Part shown: one piece after another, positions 41,893 through 60,434 of the stretch
Layout: each line of letters begins with the position of its first letter
Position numbering within the stretch: position 1 is the first letter of the stretch
NCBI RefSeq assembly: GCF_009914755.1
Contig: NC_060928.1
Reading direction: 5' to 3' (one strand)
DNA length: 64,000 nt
From: the human T2T-CHM13v2.0 reference genome, Homo sapiens
Program-made: the position numbers and the translations under genes
The notes under the pieces: generated by a model
Told to the model about the DNA's origin: nothing
Databases searched by the model: none
The model's input: the letters and a program-made list of their open reading frames with translations, nothing else

Positions 41893-42199
41893 AGAAAAGT
41901 CTGAGACAAAGCCAAATGCCTCAACCCCTATGAACTCTATTCACTCTGTCTGTTCTGTAAAGATCTGGAGATGAGGCTCTCCAAATTGCACAAAGGATAA
42001 TAAGCTTATCAAGAAAAGGAAAGAGCAGCTCATTTTTCTTGGGAGCCTTTGCTCCCAAGCCCATGGGTTCCAAAACCCATGCTCTTACCCTTAAATTGAA
42101 GCTTGGTGGAAACTGGAGTAAAAGGGAAATGAGCCCATTAAGCTTTAAATAAACTTAAATCTCTAAGCAGTGGACAAGGTAAGTATAAATTCTTATCAC

Positions 42200-42665
42200 A
42201 AGGATGCCACTTAAAACCCTTCCAAAAATCTGTGGTGTGCAGCAATAAACACTTATTTCTTGTTCATATGTTTGTGGGCTGACTGGGGTTTGGCTGATCT
42301 TGGCTGAGCTCTGCCGGGCATGGCTCTAGGCTGTGGATTGGGTCGAGGTCTGCTCTAGGAGTCTTTTATTATTCTGGTACCAGTGGGCGTTCCGGGGCAT
42401 GTTCTTCTCTTGGCAATGCCAGAAGCACATATGAGATGAATGGAAATACACAATACATAAGGCCTGTGTGTATTATGGGCACATTGTTTCTTCTGCCCAC
42501 ATTTCATTGGCTGAATCAAGTCACAAGCCACTCAAGCCCAAAACCAGTGGGATGGGCTGTACACTCCATCTCTAGCAAGGTCCCATGAGAACTGCAAAGT
42601 CCCATGGCAAAGGGTGTTGATCCTGGCAGCAGTGAACAATTGGGAATAATGATGCACTTGACCAT
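42200..42665 (-). mobile_element. Old MaLR LTR (MLT1H/I/J-like)
   Basis: TTATTTCTTGTTCATATG...GGCTGATCTTGG...CACATTTCATTGGCTGAATCAAGTCACA...CATGGCAAAGGGTGTTGAT. Confidence 0.7.
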
Positions 42666-42669
42666 AGGA

Positions 42670-42900
42670 ATATATGTGGAGCATGCATGGTATTCAGGGA
42701 CTAGGCCTTATGCTGTACATGCACCATCTCATTGAAGCCTCACAGCAATCCTATGAAGTAGATTATTATTATTCCTATTATTCAATGAGAGAGTTTAGGC
42801 TCAAAGCAGTTCATGACTCAAGGTCCCACTGAAATAAATGGACTATCAGGGGCATGTGCCCAGGTCTGCCTGGCAGGAACGCTCATGTTCTTAACCCTGA
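42670..42900 (-). mobile_element. MIR
   Basis: CCTCACAGCAATCCTATGAAGTAGATTATTATTATTCCTATT. Confidence 0.65.
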
Positions 42901-43095
42901 CTCAACTCTGCTGAAAGAACTGGCTGTGATGAAAGAAAAGCTGCCAGTAATTTTTCAAAAGCTGTAGGTGATAGGGAAGGCATCGGAAGACCAGATACAC
43001 GCAAATGGATGCATTTTTCAAGGGGTGGGAGAAAGTGAACTTCTGAAATGAGATAAGCTTGAGTTTTGTGTGTCAAGGATGGTTGCTTTATCAAG

Positions 43096-43141
43096 AAAAA
43101 CAAAAAAACAAAAAACAAAACAAAACAAAACAAAAACCAAA
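43096..43141. repeat. (CAAAA)n simple repeat
   Basis: A-rich CAAAA units. Confidence 0.85.
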
Positions 43142-43729
43142 CTCTAGAGAAAAAGCCACCATCTCTGTGGCTGGGCTAATGAATCAGGCTGGACACTAGA
43201 ACTGTAGTAGACTAGTGGAATTCATCTGAACTTCATGTTAATCCCTCAGCTTGGATGGATATATTCAGCTACTCCATCTACTCCCAGTCTTGGTTCCATA
43301 TCCTTGTGGTGGTGCTATTCTTTAATGCCTTAATTCTCAACTTGCCTATAGCTTAATCCTACTGCCTTAATTCTCAACTTGCCTATACCCTGGGCCTTTG
43401 ATTTGAGTCCCCTCACTGATAGCTTGGGGTCTCCCTAAATGAATGTCTGTAGATTTCTGCTGCTCACCCATACTGTCCTGTATATGATTCTCAGACAAAG
43501 CCTGGCACCTGACTCCCTGCTCTCCTCACCAAGCTGGCACGCCATCAGGACTCCTGTGTCCTCTCACCCTGAGGAGGGATACTCCCCCAGGAACATTCTA
43601 GAACACATTTAGAACAAGTGACTCATGGGCAGTGCTAACGGTGATCTGGAGGGTAGCATGAGCTCAGTGAGGGCGAACATGGCTCCGCAAACCTGATTTC
43701 CGTTGTTAGAAAATTGGACTGCCAGATCA

Positions 43730-44110
43730 AGGGGCGGTCATGAGGTTAGAATTTCAGATTTCATCAAGGGATTTGACAGACCCTTTCATGATCTCTTTTC
43801 GAAGAAGACTGAGAAACATTGGCTGATTTAGGACAAATAGATTAGTGCTGGCTGGTTAAAAAATTATGCTGTCATTAATCAGATGTGCTGATTAATGACA
43901 GCCAGAGGGAGGCAGCTGGTGTTGAACAATAGACCTCTGTCCTCAGCCAGGTCCTGTCCGGGGTTCTCACTCTCGCTCTCTCTATAGCCACCCCATCTCT
44001 CTTTGAACAACTTGGATGAAGACACAAGAGGCTGCTTTATAAAACTGATGGCAGGCATAAACAAAGGAGGAGTAGCTAGTATAAAAATGAGAAGGTCAAG
44101 ATTAAAATAA
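43730..44110 (+). mobile_element. L3/CR1 LINE RT-region relic
   Basis: GATTTCATCAAGGGATTTGACA resembles the DFSKAFD RT motif; downstream CTCTGTCCTCAGCC and ACTTGGATGAAGAC. Confidence 0.55.
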
Positions 44111-44617
44111 TAATAATATCTATAACACCTTACAAAGCCTTTCTCTAGAGAATGATGTTATCTAAGTCTCTAAACAACTCTGTGTAGTTAGGGTGACCAA
44201 TGAGCCTCATTTCAGATTGGATTCAGGGCTTAAGTCAATTCCCAGAATCACGCAACGTTGTACTGCAGAACCCAGGTTTAAACACTTATTTTTCTGATTC
44301 CAAATTTTATACCCTTTAAAATTGGCCAAAATAAACAAGAGGAAATTAATGGAAACATTTTTTAAAATACACAAGCACAGGTTGGGAGAACCTAACGTAC
44401 CAACCGCCATGGGAATGACCCTCAGCATCTCTCCCTCGTTCCCTAGCTCTGAGACAGCTGCCCACTGCTTCACTGTGACAGAGCTGGCATTCTCCTCCCC
44501 AACCTGGCCTCTTCCAGGCAATTGGTAAGCCCATCCAGCTGGAGCAGAAGAACAGAAATGTGGACTTGGCCCCCTAGTCTCATAAAGCTACAACTGCTGG
44601 TCTGATTCAGGGGCCCC

Positions 44618-44860
44618 TGTGGCATGGTGGAAAAGACATGAGCTTACAAGTCCTGTGAATTAATTTACTTTTAAAAGTAAATTAAATTTACTTGCCTTGG
44701 GCAAGTAAACTAAACCTGGCCAAGCCTCAGTTTCTTTTTTGTAAAAGGGGAGACTAATGATACAAATCTTAGTGGACAGTGGTGAGGACTGCAAGAGATG
44801 ATGCATGTAAAAATCTTGGCACAGGGCCTGGCAGATAGAAAATCTCAATAACTTGCAGTT
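44618..44860 (+). mobile_element. MIR
   Basis: GCCTTGGGCAAGTAAACTAAACC...GCCTCAGTTTC...TGGCACAGGGCCTGGCA. Confidence 0.75.
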
Positions 44861-45845
44861 CACCTTCAGAGTTGGGAATTCATAAGTCGCAGCATGGATT
44901 GAACCAGGATTGTCGTACCCTCTGCACCATCATGGTACTCTTGCCCTTTCTGGATCTAAGTCCTGGCTTCAGTGATCCAAACGTGGGTAGATTTTAATTC
45001 TTCTGATAGGAGGCCTTCCCTATTCAAGAGATAAGAGAATGCCTAACACATGGCCAGCCATGCTTGTTCTGCTGTGCCTTTTAATTGTGCAGAAAATAAT
45101 AATGATAATAGAACCTTCTAGTATTTCAGAAGGTTGGAACATCATGAGAACTTACCATTTAGATTCCCCAGTCAGGTAGATGAATGGATTGAGCAACTCA
45201 TCTGTTTTCCTTCACTTCTTGGAGGTTTGGTAGAGGGAACAGGAAGCATGGAGGAAGGTGCAGAATTTGTGGGGAGCAAGTACCTTTGTGAATCTCTTTC
45301 TCACTGTTGCATTTTGTTTTCTTTCTGAGTTTCTCTATCTTCTGGGTGATACAAGGAAGGTACTGCTTGCCTAGAATTTAATACTCTTTTCTGTTTGTTT
45401 TAATCCCTACCAGGACCAGGTGTTCTTTTGGTTTTTGAAGTTCTCATCAATAGGAGTTTACTTATTTGGCACCATAAAACCCTGCTTTAAACAGGATACA
45501 CAATTTTATGCATCATAAAAATAAAAACAAATTAAGTATTTTTGAAAGCAGTGTGTTTTAAATTATATCCAAATAACAAACACTCACCTAGGGCAAAAGA
45601 TGAACTCTTCTGGAGCAATAGATTGTAGAGCTGATTGATTTATTTTGTGCAAGAGTAGATAATAATTTACCCAATGCTTGCTATGGTAGGGATTTTCCCC
45701 ACAATAGTGTGGTGAGGTCAGCAAAGCATGATGGTCAGAACCAATGTATCTTCATCCTATCTGCAGGTCAGGTCCTGACAGTGGATTCTGTAAACTCCCA
45801 CTCTCTTAAATTCACATTAATGGGCGTTAAAACTTGATGTTGGTC

Positions 45846-46241
<396 letters not shown>

Positions 46242-46454
46242 TCAATCACTTCTCCTCCTCTTTTATTGATTATCGTCAATTGCATAACCGTAGCACTCCT
46301 CACATATTTCAGCATTCACTGTTTGTTTTTCAAAACTGTTCCTACAGTCAACAAACCCTTTCATACATGCAAGCCAGTTTCATCCATTTCTTACATCTAA
46401 TTAATCTCTTTGGGCTTCACCATAATGGCACATTTCTTCTTCTTCTTTTTCTTT

Positions 46455-46995
46455 TTTCTTCTTTTAACAGCTTTATTGAGGTGTAATTTACATGACATAA
46501 AATTCACCCATTTTAAGTCTGTAATTCAATTATTTTTAGCCAATGAGTGGAGCTGAGCAGCCACCACTATAATCCAGTTTAAGAACACTTCTATCACGCC
46601 ATCCCCTTTTGCAACAATCTGTTTTCTCAACCTCAATCCCAGGCAACTACTAATCTACTTTCTGTTTGTATAGATTCACCTCTTCTGGATATTTCACATA
46701 ACTGGAATTACAGAACATGTATCTTTTGTATCTATCTGGCTTCTTTCACTTAGCTCGATGTGTCTGTTTCATCTGGTGTAGAACATATCTGTACTTTGTC
46801 CCTTGTTACTGCTGAATAGTATCCCCCTGTTTGGATATATACCACCTTTTGCTTATTTACCACCAGTTAATGGACATTTGGATTATTTTCACTTTTGACT
46901 ACGGTAAACATTGGCGTACATGTCTTTGTGTGGGTATGTTTTCATTTTTCTTGGGTAAATCCTTAGGGGAATTGATGGGCACAACTTTTTAAAAT
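46455..46995 (-). mobile_element. L1MB-type 3' UTR fragment
   Basis: CAGCTTTATTGAGGTGTAATTTACAT...AAAATTCACCCATTTTAAG...TGGCTTCTTTCACTTAGC...ATGGACATTTGG. Confidence 0.85.
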
Positions 46996-47380
46996 TGCAC
47001 TTTTAATAGTTTCACGATTGACAATATGCAGATATACGAAGGTTTCTGAACAATGGATAGTCAGTTGGCCATTTGGTACAAATGTATGAACACTTGTCCA
47101 ATTTAGTTGTAAGATCTTCATTGTAGTAAGATGTTTAATTACATCTCTGAACTGACACTATTCCTTCTTCCATTTTGAACATATCAAGAATTATGTATTT
47201 ACTCAGTAAAATTTAATTAATATAAACATTTAAAAAGTTGAAATACTTTATTTCAGGAGCACAGGGAAAGACCACTGAATTTGGAGTAAAAAAAAATGGC
47301 TTTGATTCGCATCTCTGTTGGTTACTATCCATGTAAGCCTTTGAACAAAATCATTTAATGTTTCTGAGATTTTCTCCTTA

Positions 47381-47690
<310 letters not shown>

Positions 47691-48351
47691 AATGATAATG
47701 GTGTTTATCCTGCTACATACATTACAACATCAAGCTTCTTGTAACCTTTAAAAACCTGGAACCAAGAGTTCAGTCTCAAAATGGTATCAGACTTAAGAAG
47801 TACACTTCAATAGGCAAAATTAATGAAAAAGTAATTCAATTTTTTTCTTATGTCTCCTGAAGGATAGTGAAGAGGAGCTGAGCATGTGGTCCATACTAAT
47901 AGAAAGTCCCCTTTCCTCACATGTGTGCATCACAACCTCACCTCCTCAATTCACACCACCCCCCAAATCCTTCTCATCTCTCTGCCTGTGCTGCTGATTT
48001 TTCTCCTCCTCTTCACACTCTCCTTTCTTTCTCAGTCATTCTTTATGTGAATTAACCTAGCTTCCTGCCCAGGAAGAAAGAATTTTTCCCTGACAGAGGA
48101 GAGAAACCAGGTTGGTAGCTTCAGGGTATCTCTTGGATGGATGAAGGATGAAATCTGAATATTAAAACTTTTCACATACATTATAAAGTATAAGACACAA
48201 TGGAAATAAAAGTTATTAGTGTGTATATTATCATAGTTATCAACATTATTAATAATATAAGGTGAAAGAATAGGTATGCCTTGTGCCCCAGGCAAATAAT
48301 TTAGCTACCAAAGTACTAACAAGTCCGTAATACTGCATTTTATCCATTTAG

Positions 48352-48705
<354 letters not shown>

Positions 48706-49060
48706 TAAGAATGTTTCTTTCATTCTTATATTTCATTCTTATATTATATTTCATTCTTATATAGTGACATTGTAAAATCACTATTAGCTATTTTCCCCCA
48801 TTTTCACAGCTCTGAAATCTTATAATCAGGGAAGTCTTAGATAAAATATGAACTGTGGACTATGGATTTCACCTCTGCTAGAATCTGTGTATTGAGCGCC
48901 ACAGGGAGGCTGTGAGTCTGTTGCAACAATTGGGATTAGGGTTTCCTGGTCACTGAGTGGAAGCAGCTGAGTGGGCAGTTTATCTGTGCGGGGTAGGAGG
49001 AGTCTTGGGTGGGCTCAGCCCTGTGGCAGTGCACTCTTGGGGTTTTGATAGCTTACCTGA

Positions 49061-49381
<321 letters not shown>

Positions 49382-50088
49382 TGAAAGCCAGGTGAAAGAG
49401 AGGTTCAGGACTCCATATACACTGTCTACACTACAGCATGGTATACATCTCTCTTTCTAAATCCTTGCTGGGCACACAGGATTCTTCACAAACCAATTTC
49501 AACAGGGAACAGCCCATCTGAAAAATATGCACCATTCCTAAAGTCATGCCTTGCATTCCTGTGAAAGTCACTCCTGACTTGCTAAATAGCCACTGCAGGG
49601 CGCCTCAGAGTGACCACGATTGAAGTTGGATGAAACAACTTCTACTGATGCCAAATGGTGGTATATCACCCTGCCTGCGGACTAGTGGCGCCATGAATGT
49701 AAGATAATATTATGACAAGGAAGTTAAGAAGCACAGGAAATGAAAACAATACAGTGGCTTGGGATACAGATCCAGGACAGAAACGACTTCAGAGCGGTCA
49801 GGGTGTGTTTGTAAAAGCATAGGTTGTTTAAGCAAAAAACCATTGGGCAGAAACCCATAGCAGCCACTCTCAGTCCGCAGCTCACCAGGAGAAGTGCAGA
49901 ACGTTTTGAAAAACTGTTCCACTCAAGCAAGGACTATGCTAGACAGAGGAGAGCTGTTGAGAAGGCAGAGGCTGTGTTTGGCCAGCCAAATCCCTCACGG
50001 GGCCACATTTGCTGACTAAGTAAATAAGAGTGGATGCTGAGAGGGGCCGTTAGAATGTGCAAGGGCTCACTTTAAAAATATGTTCCTA

Positions 50089-50449
<361 letters not shown>

Positions 50450-51389
50450 TTACTTTTGGCCTGATGGTAGCTTGGTCAGGGAGTCTGAATATGTGGACAG
50501 GGTACAGGATTTGGTCCTCTTGTTTAGTGTTCATTTCTGCAGTGGATCTAACTCCTGGCGGTCCTTGATAAGCTGATCTGGGGCTTTCCTAGGTCCCCTA
50601 AGCCTGATGAGACTGCACGAGTGGGCAGGGGAGGGACTTAAGATTCTTGCCAATCTGACCGTAAGATAAACAGGGGTAAATGGCCAAGAGATGTTGGCCA
50701 GAGGAAGGCCTTTGAGTGCCTCAGGAACCAAGTAGGAGAGGAATCTGAGGAATTGAGGCTGCTCAGACGTGCCAGACATTGGCTGGCTGGTTTCCAGTGG
50801 TGAGCCAGATGGTTTTGAGAACCAGAGGCCAGTATTTTGGGCAGGAGTAGTGACTTGTGAGAAATGAAGTAGAAAAAGGCCAGGAACCCTGACATCTAAG
50901 AAGGTGGATGGATGGGATGGCAAAGAGTCTTACACCCCAGAAATCCTCCCATTTCAGATAAGGAATAAGAGGTACACTCTAGACCCAAAAACTGTGTTTT
51001 GGGTGGGAGGAGACTTGCCTAGAGACCCGGCCAATAGGACATTCCAAGAGGTGAGACTGATCTGCCAGCCGGACTTTCAATATCCAATTCACCCTTTTAC
51101 TTACTCTAAGCCCAAGAAATGAGAATTAGGGGAACCCTATCTTTGTGAGGGAAATCCCAGCTCCAAAAAGTTTATCCCCTCAAGATGAGGTGATCAGTTC
51201 CCAGAACTGCAGCAAAGCCTGAGGCTAGGGCACCCAAAAACAAAGCTCCAAGAGCATTCAGGAGAACTGAAGGGAGGATTGTGGAAGCATCTCAGAATGT
51301 TCCAGGGCAGCAGAACAACCAGGCATGCTCTTAGGGTCATGTAACATTAGATGCTAAAGAGGCCCTAGGAATCTACACAGAAAAGACCT

Positions 51390-51850
<461 letters not shown>

Positions 51851-51868
51851 TTAAATAGAAGCTACTCA

Positions 51869-52174
<306 letters not shown>

Positions 52175-53204
52175 CTACTCACTTCCAGAGGCGCTTCTAT
52201 CTGTCCTGTCTCCACAGTCCCCACTGCCTGCTATTGCCTCCTGGTGAGAAGATTTAACTTGCCCAAGATGAAATACATTGGGAATTATCAGAGCTGAGAC
52301 TTTAACCCAGTTTCTCTCATACCCAACCCAACCCAACCTCTTCACTCCACACCTAGAAGAGAGACTGTTGTGAAACCTTTATTTCCTGCCTCTAGTTGAG
52401 TGTGTTCATTATTATCCCTGGAATGCTAGGATGCAGCAAGGATGGCGGGAAATGCAAATTGGAAAGGGAAAGTAAAGGTGATGGTAGAGGTAGGAAGGGT
52501 AAGATTTTTTTTTTTGTTTTTAACAGTGAGAGATGGTGACTTAGGACTGAGAGAGAGGAAAAAAAAATCCCCCAAAACAAAGATCAAGGAAGCAAAATGT
52601 GGAAGGGAAAGGGGAAGGAAAATCAAGCTGCCCCAGTATTTCAGCAGTCAGAAGTGCCAAAATTCCCCTGAACTGGGAACCCAATTATTACAGAAAACCT
52701 TGCTTATTCTAGAGCCTGGGGACTGTCAAAATTGAGAAACTGTGGACTCACATTTAAATGTTAGAAATCACAATTTTGTTTTTTTTTTAGTTGGAGGATT
52801 AAAAACTGTAACTTGGTAGGGGAAAGGGGAAGTTCCATTTTTGAAGTAGATACCAAGATGGAACAAATACAGTTATAGAAATAAGATAGCATACTGCTTT
52901 GAAGCTTAAAAACAATTCTATTTGCATTATCTCATATATCACCTAACACTCATAATTGTTTTATGGCCAAAGGAGTCTATCCTCCAAACTTTTGCTCCCC
53001 TGCTGGAATCCTGTCATCTTAGACAGAGAAACTTAAACTCCACTGGGATGTTGGAAATATCTCAGGCCCATGAGACCAGATCTGTTGCTTGAAAAAGGGT
53101 TGTATTTTGCATAGCGTGTTTCTTTTGTTTCTAGCGTTTGCAGAAATTAGAGCAGAGGTCATGTGTGCATGGTAAGGAGAAGAGTCTTCCACCTTGACTA
53201 GTAA

Positions 53205-53520
<316 letters not shown>

Positions 53521-54127
53521 AGTTAAACAGGTCTTTACTGAGCTCTAACCTACATGCAAGGCAGTCTGCTGGATGCTGAGAGTATAGTGAGAATAAGCCA
53601 TGTGGTTCCTTACTTGGCCCTATATAGGTTGTGATTCACTATGGCTGGGTAATGCTGAAATTTCAACAGTTTCTGGGAGACTTTTGTCTTCTTCCATTGT
53701 TACTCTTTAGTGCAGGACATGTGGGCCTTAGATATATGTCTCTCTAAAAATGTTATGCTATGTGCAAATGTCTTACAATCAGCAGGACTTGAATTTACAT
53801 AGCACACAGGTGAAGTTTTAAAAGCATTTTCCCTCCAGTCACCTGTTTTTACACAAAGTCAGCCTTGGATGGGTCCTCAGCAGCCTTGGCTGGGTCCTTC
53901 TCTTTTGTGCCTCCTTCCTCATCTTATTGTGCTGGCCTGGATCTCCAGGGTGACACTGAAGAGAAATGGTGATAGTGAAGATTGTTGTTATGTTCCAAGT
54001 TTTGAAGGAAATGCTCTTGACCAACAAGTTTTGTGCATTAGCCATTTACTATTATGTTTGTGGTAGGTTTTAAAAATAGCACTTTAAAATTTTCCTAGAC
54101 TATGAAAAATTTTTAAAATCATGAATA

Positions 54128-54838
54128 TGTTACCTAAACACTAGGGATTTGGACTAGGTCCTGCTGCTCATTGCACAGAGGGCCAATCACTAAGACAACA
54201 AGTATTGCAAGGAAGAAGGGTTTTTTTGTTTTGTTTTTTGTTTTTTTTTTTTGAGATGGAGTCTCGCTCTGTCACCCAGGTTGGAGTGCAGTGGCATGAT
54301 CTTGGCTCACTACAAGCTCCACCTCTGGATTCATGCCATTCTCCTGCTTCAGCCTCCTGAGTAGCTGGGACTACAGGCAACTGCCACCCCGCCTGGCTAA
54401 TTTTTGTATTTTTAGTAGAGATGGGGTTTCACCGTGTTCTTGATCTCCTGACCTGGTGATCCACCCGCCTTGGCCTCCCAAAGTGCTGGTATTACAGGCA
54501 TGAGCCACCGCACCCAGCTGGAAGAAGGCTTTAATCCAGTGCTGCAGTCACAGAGAAGGGAGCTCAGTGAATCCATCTGCCTGACTGACTAAAACTAGGG
54601 GTTTATATAGCAGGGAAAAAAATGTAACAATGTATAAGAAAACAGAAACTAAGGAGGGGCAAGGAGGCATTCAGAACGATTTGGTGAGTTCCAGTTCTTT
54701 GACACTTTTTTTTGAGAGGCCTGAAGGTGGCTTCCTGAGGAAGGAACTTGGATAAAACAAATACCTGTTTCAAGCTTTAACAGCAGAAGCATCAATTTCT
54801 ATGTTTGTCTAAAAACAATTGTCTATGGGACTATTTCA
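54128..54838 (-). mobile_element. ERV1-class solo LTR (LTR26-like) containing an Alu
   Basis: TG...CA ends with 4-bp TSD AATA at 54124-7 and 54839-42; the reverse strand begins TGAAATAGTCCCATAGACA. Confidence 0.75.
54221..54519 (-). mobile_element. AluY/Sc-like inside the LTR
   Basis: Dimer; TSD GGAAGAAGG. Confidence 0.92.
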
Positions 54839-54912
54839 AATAGGTGTCAATTTTTATTGACTGCTTTTCTGCATCTCTTACAATAATCTTGTGATTTTTT
54901 TTGATCTGTTAA

Positions 54913-55299
<387 letters not shown>

Positions 55300-55789
55300 T
55301 GATACATTTTGTATCAATGTTCATGAGTGAAATCACTTTGTAATTTTCCTTTTTCAAACTGTCTTTGGTTTTTGGTATTAGTTGTTTATTCTAGCCTTAT
55401 AAAATGGAAAGAGTTATCTATTTTTCTATTTCATGGAATAATTTATCTAAGACTGCAATGATATGTTTACTTTGAGGAAAGATTTTAAACTATGGGTTCA
55501 ATTTTTTAAATTTTCCTAAAACAATTATTTTCTCTCCTACATTTTAGTATTTTATACATGAAAAATTTTAATATTTCATATTTTCTAAGAATTTTCCCTT
55601 TTCACCTGTTTTCACTTGGGGGTGCATAAATATTTATAACATTTTATCTTTGTAATATCTGCAGCAACTACAATTATGTTTACTTTTTTTATTCATGATA
55701 TAGTTTTAAAAAATGATTGCTCTTTTCCTTTTTTGATCAGTATTGCCAGAAGTTAGTTAACTTTATGAGGCTTTCCATTTTTTTTAATG

Positions 55790-55965
55790 TGTTTATTTTT
55801 TAAATTTTAGAGTCAGGTTTTTACGATGCATGTTGCCCAGGCTGGAGTGCAGTAGCATGATCATGGCTCAATACAGCCTTGAACTCCTGGGTTCAACTGA
55901 TCCTCCTGACGTAGCCTCCCAAGTAGCTGAGACTAACAGGCACATACTACCATGCCCAGCTTTTT
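55790..55965 (-). mobile_element. AluJ right-arm fragment
   Basis: GTTGCCCAGGCTGGAGTGCAG...CATGCCCAGCT. Confidence 0.8.
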
Positions 55966-56051
55966 ATAAGACTTTTTCAAAGAACCAACTTTGGATTTAT
56001 TGATCCTCTCTATTGTATGTTTATATTTAAATCTATTCATCATTTCTACTC

Positions 56052-56350
<299 letters not shown>

Positions 56351-57189
56351 TCATTTCTGCTCTTAACATTATTTCTTCTTTGGTTGGGTGGGTTTATTTC
56401 TAGTTAACTCTAACACTCACAGTTTTGATCTTGGAGGACCCAGATCTTCAGAGGACCAAATCTCCTTATATTTCTTACCTTAGATGAGATGCGGCTTATA
56501 AATTCTCCTTGTCAAAAGTTCAATAATGTCAGTTTGGCTCAAGCACCCAAGAGCAAAGTGGATTACTTAAATTCTTACTTTTATTTTATTTCTGGTCTCT
56601 GAGGAGTCTTTCCTTTATTAGCAGCTCAGTGATACATTTAGAAAGGTGAGTTTTTAACGTTTTATTAACCATATTAGCTGTTTTCAGTAGGAGGGTTGCT
56701 CTGGGTATCTGATTAGCTATACTGCAGGAAATAGAGGTTGTTCCAGTTTTCTCTTTCTCTCTTTTCCTCCCTGTGTCGCAAATGTGTTTTGTTCCCAGTT
56801 TTCTGGCTTCAAATTCCAGAGTCTGCATGTGATCCCTGGGTCCTGTGTATCTTCTAAGGTGGCTTCACATACTTCAGAATGTATCTCTACACAATGAACT
56901 ATCCTTTTTTTGCTAAGATTGATGATGGTCCCTCATTATCTGACTTAGAGATATTATTATGCTCACATTGTCCCTGTTCTTTTACTCTGGAAAGGCAGGT
57001 GGAGTGGATTTTCAGGACAGAAAAGGAATAAGAAAGGTGAGTGTAAAACAAAACCTTGCCTCACCACAAGTGCCCAGAGCTGAGAAGTCCTAGGGCTACT
57101 CCACACACACAGGAGGGACCCATCAAATTTGCTTTACAGGGAAAACTTCTCCCTGATGATGAGACTAAAATGATCAAAGATCCTCTCTT

Positions 57190-59010
<1,821 letters not shown>

Positions 59011-59134
59011 CCAAAATGTAGAACATGAATAAGACCATGGGCACTGGAGCTTAGCCCCCAGGGTTGAATCCTGGCTATGCCATCAGTAGTGGTATGACCT
59101 TTCTTTTTAAGCACTGACATGCCTAAACTCCAAT

Positions 59135-59488
59135 TGTATGCTATAAAGATGCTATCTGAGCCTGGGTAATCAATAAAGGAAAGAGGTTTAATCTACTCAC
59201 AGTTCTGCATGGCTGGGGAGGCCTCGGGAAACTTACAATCATGGTGGAAGGTGAAAGGGAAGCAGGAGCTTTCCTCACAAGGCGTCAGGAGGGAGAGAAG
59301 TGGGAGTGCCGGAAAAACTGCCACTTTTAAAACCATCAGATCTCGTGAGAACTCCCTCAATATCACCAGAACAGCATGGGGGAAATCGACCCCGTGATCC
59401 AATCATCGCTGACCAGGTCCCTCCCTCGACACGTGGGGATTACAATTCGAGATGACATTTGATGGGGACACAGAGCCAAACCATATCA
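59135..59488 (-). mobile_element. THE1D/MST-type MaLR LTR
   Basis: AAAGAGGTTTAAT...GGAAACTTACAATCATGGTGGAAGG...GGGGACACAGAGCCAAACCATATCA. Confidence 0.9.
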
Positions 59489-59549
59489 AAGGGCCTTTCC
59501 CATCTCCAGAAACAGGGAAGGACTTGAGAGATTCATGACAGTCTAAGTC

Positions 59550-59945
59550 CAAGTGCAGATGAGGAAACTAAAGCTCAGAGAGATGTAGAACTGGCTCAAG
59601 ATCACACAGCTTATTTAATGGCAGAGCTGGAATTTATATTAGGTCTTCTAACTCAAAGATCTGTGCTTTTCCCAGGATTCCATAAACATGACTCTTGTAG
59701 AATTTTGGTCATAACCGTAATAGTGTCTTTGAAAGCATGCTTCTAAACACTGAGCACGTAACAGCATATCTCACCTCACAAAAAGTCTGTTAGAGTAGAG
59801 CTATTATTTTTTCTATTTTTTCCAGGAGGGAACTGAGGCATAGATAAATTTAACACCTCATCCAAGGTCACGTGTTAAAAGTGGTACAGCTTGGATTGAA
59901 ACTTAGTCTAGGTCCAAAAATCTATACTACTTACCTTATACTACA
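59550..59945 (-). mobile_element. Two MIR fragments
   Basis: CAGATGAGGAAACTAAAGCTCAGAG...CAAGATCACACAGC; GAACTGAGGCATAG...CCAAGGTCAC. Confidence 0.7.
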
Positions 59946-60434
59946 CAGACTTTTGACATAGGATCTCTGCCTGTCTTCCTCTATTTTGCTTTCTGCCCTT
60001 TGCAAGACAAATTTTATTTGTGTGTATATTTATTATGTTTGCTGTTTTTTCTCCAGTGTGCCGTTTTTAGGGTTGTTTTTTCTGTCACTACAGTGAGTTT
60101 GGTTGAATAAAATTAGTTGGGTGGGGAATTGTCCCTAGGCCAGGCTTTAGTTATTGATGGAAAAATTGACCTCATGAAATGTATTTGTGGATATTCTGGG
60201 TCACAAAAACCAACCAAATACAAAGGAAGAGTTGGACAGGAGGGACCAGCTGTAGAAACTGAGACATCATGGAATCGGCCCTCAATCTTCACGTAGAAAT
60301 GCAGGGCTCCCGGAATTTCTCCCAGACCCTTCTGGTTTATCCCAGATTAAACAGCATTGGTCAGGGTACTGAGCATTCATTGTGCTGGCTTTCACTCAAG
60401 ATTAAAGGGAAAGATCTAAAACAAAACACAGCGT

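Noticed and set aside
43326-43387. Possible mini-CRISPR (25-bp repeats)
   Set aside because: Only two repeats with a 12-nt spacer, in a eukaryotic context with no cas genes.
49588-49695. CTCF-like motifs CCACTGCAGGGCGC and GGACTAGTGGCGCC
   Set aside because: Mismatch or gap at core AG positions; too weak to call.
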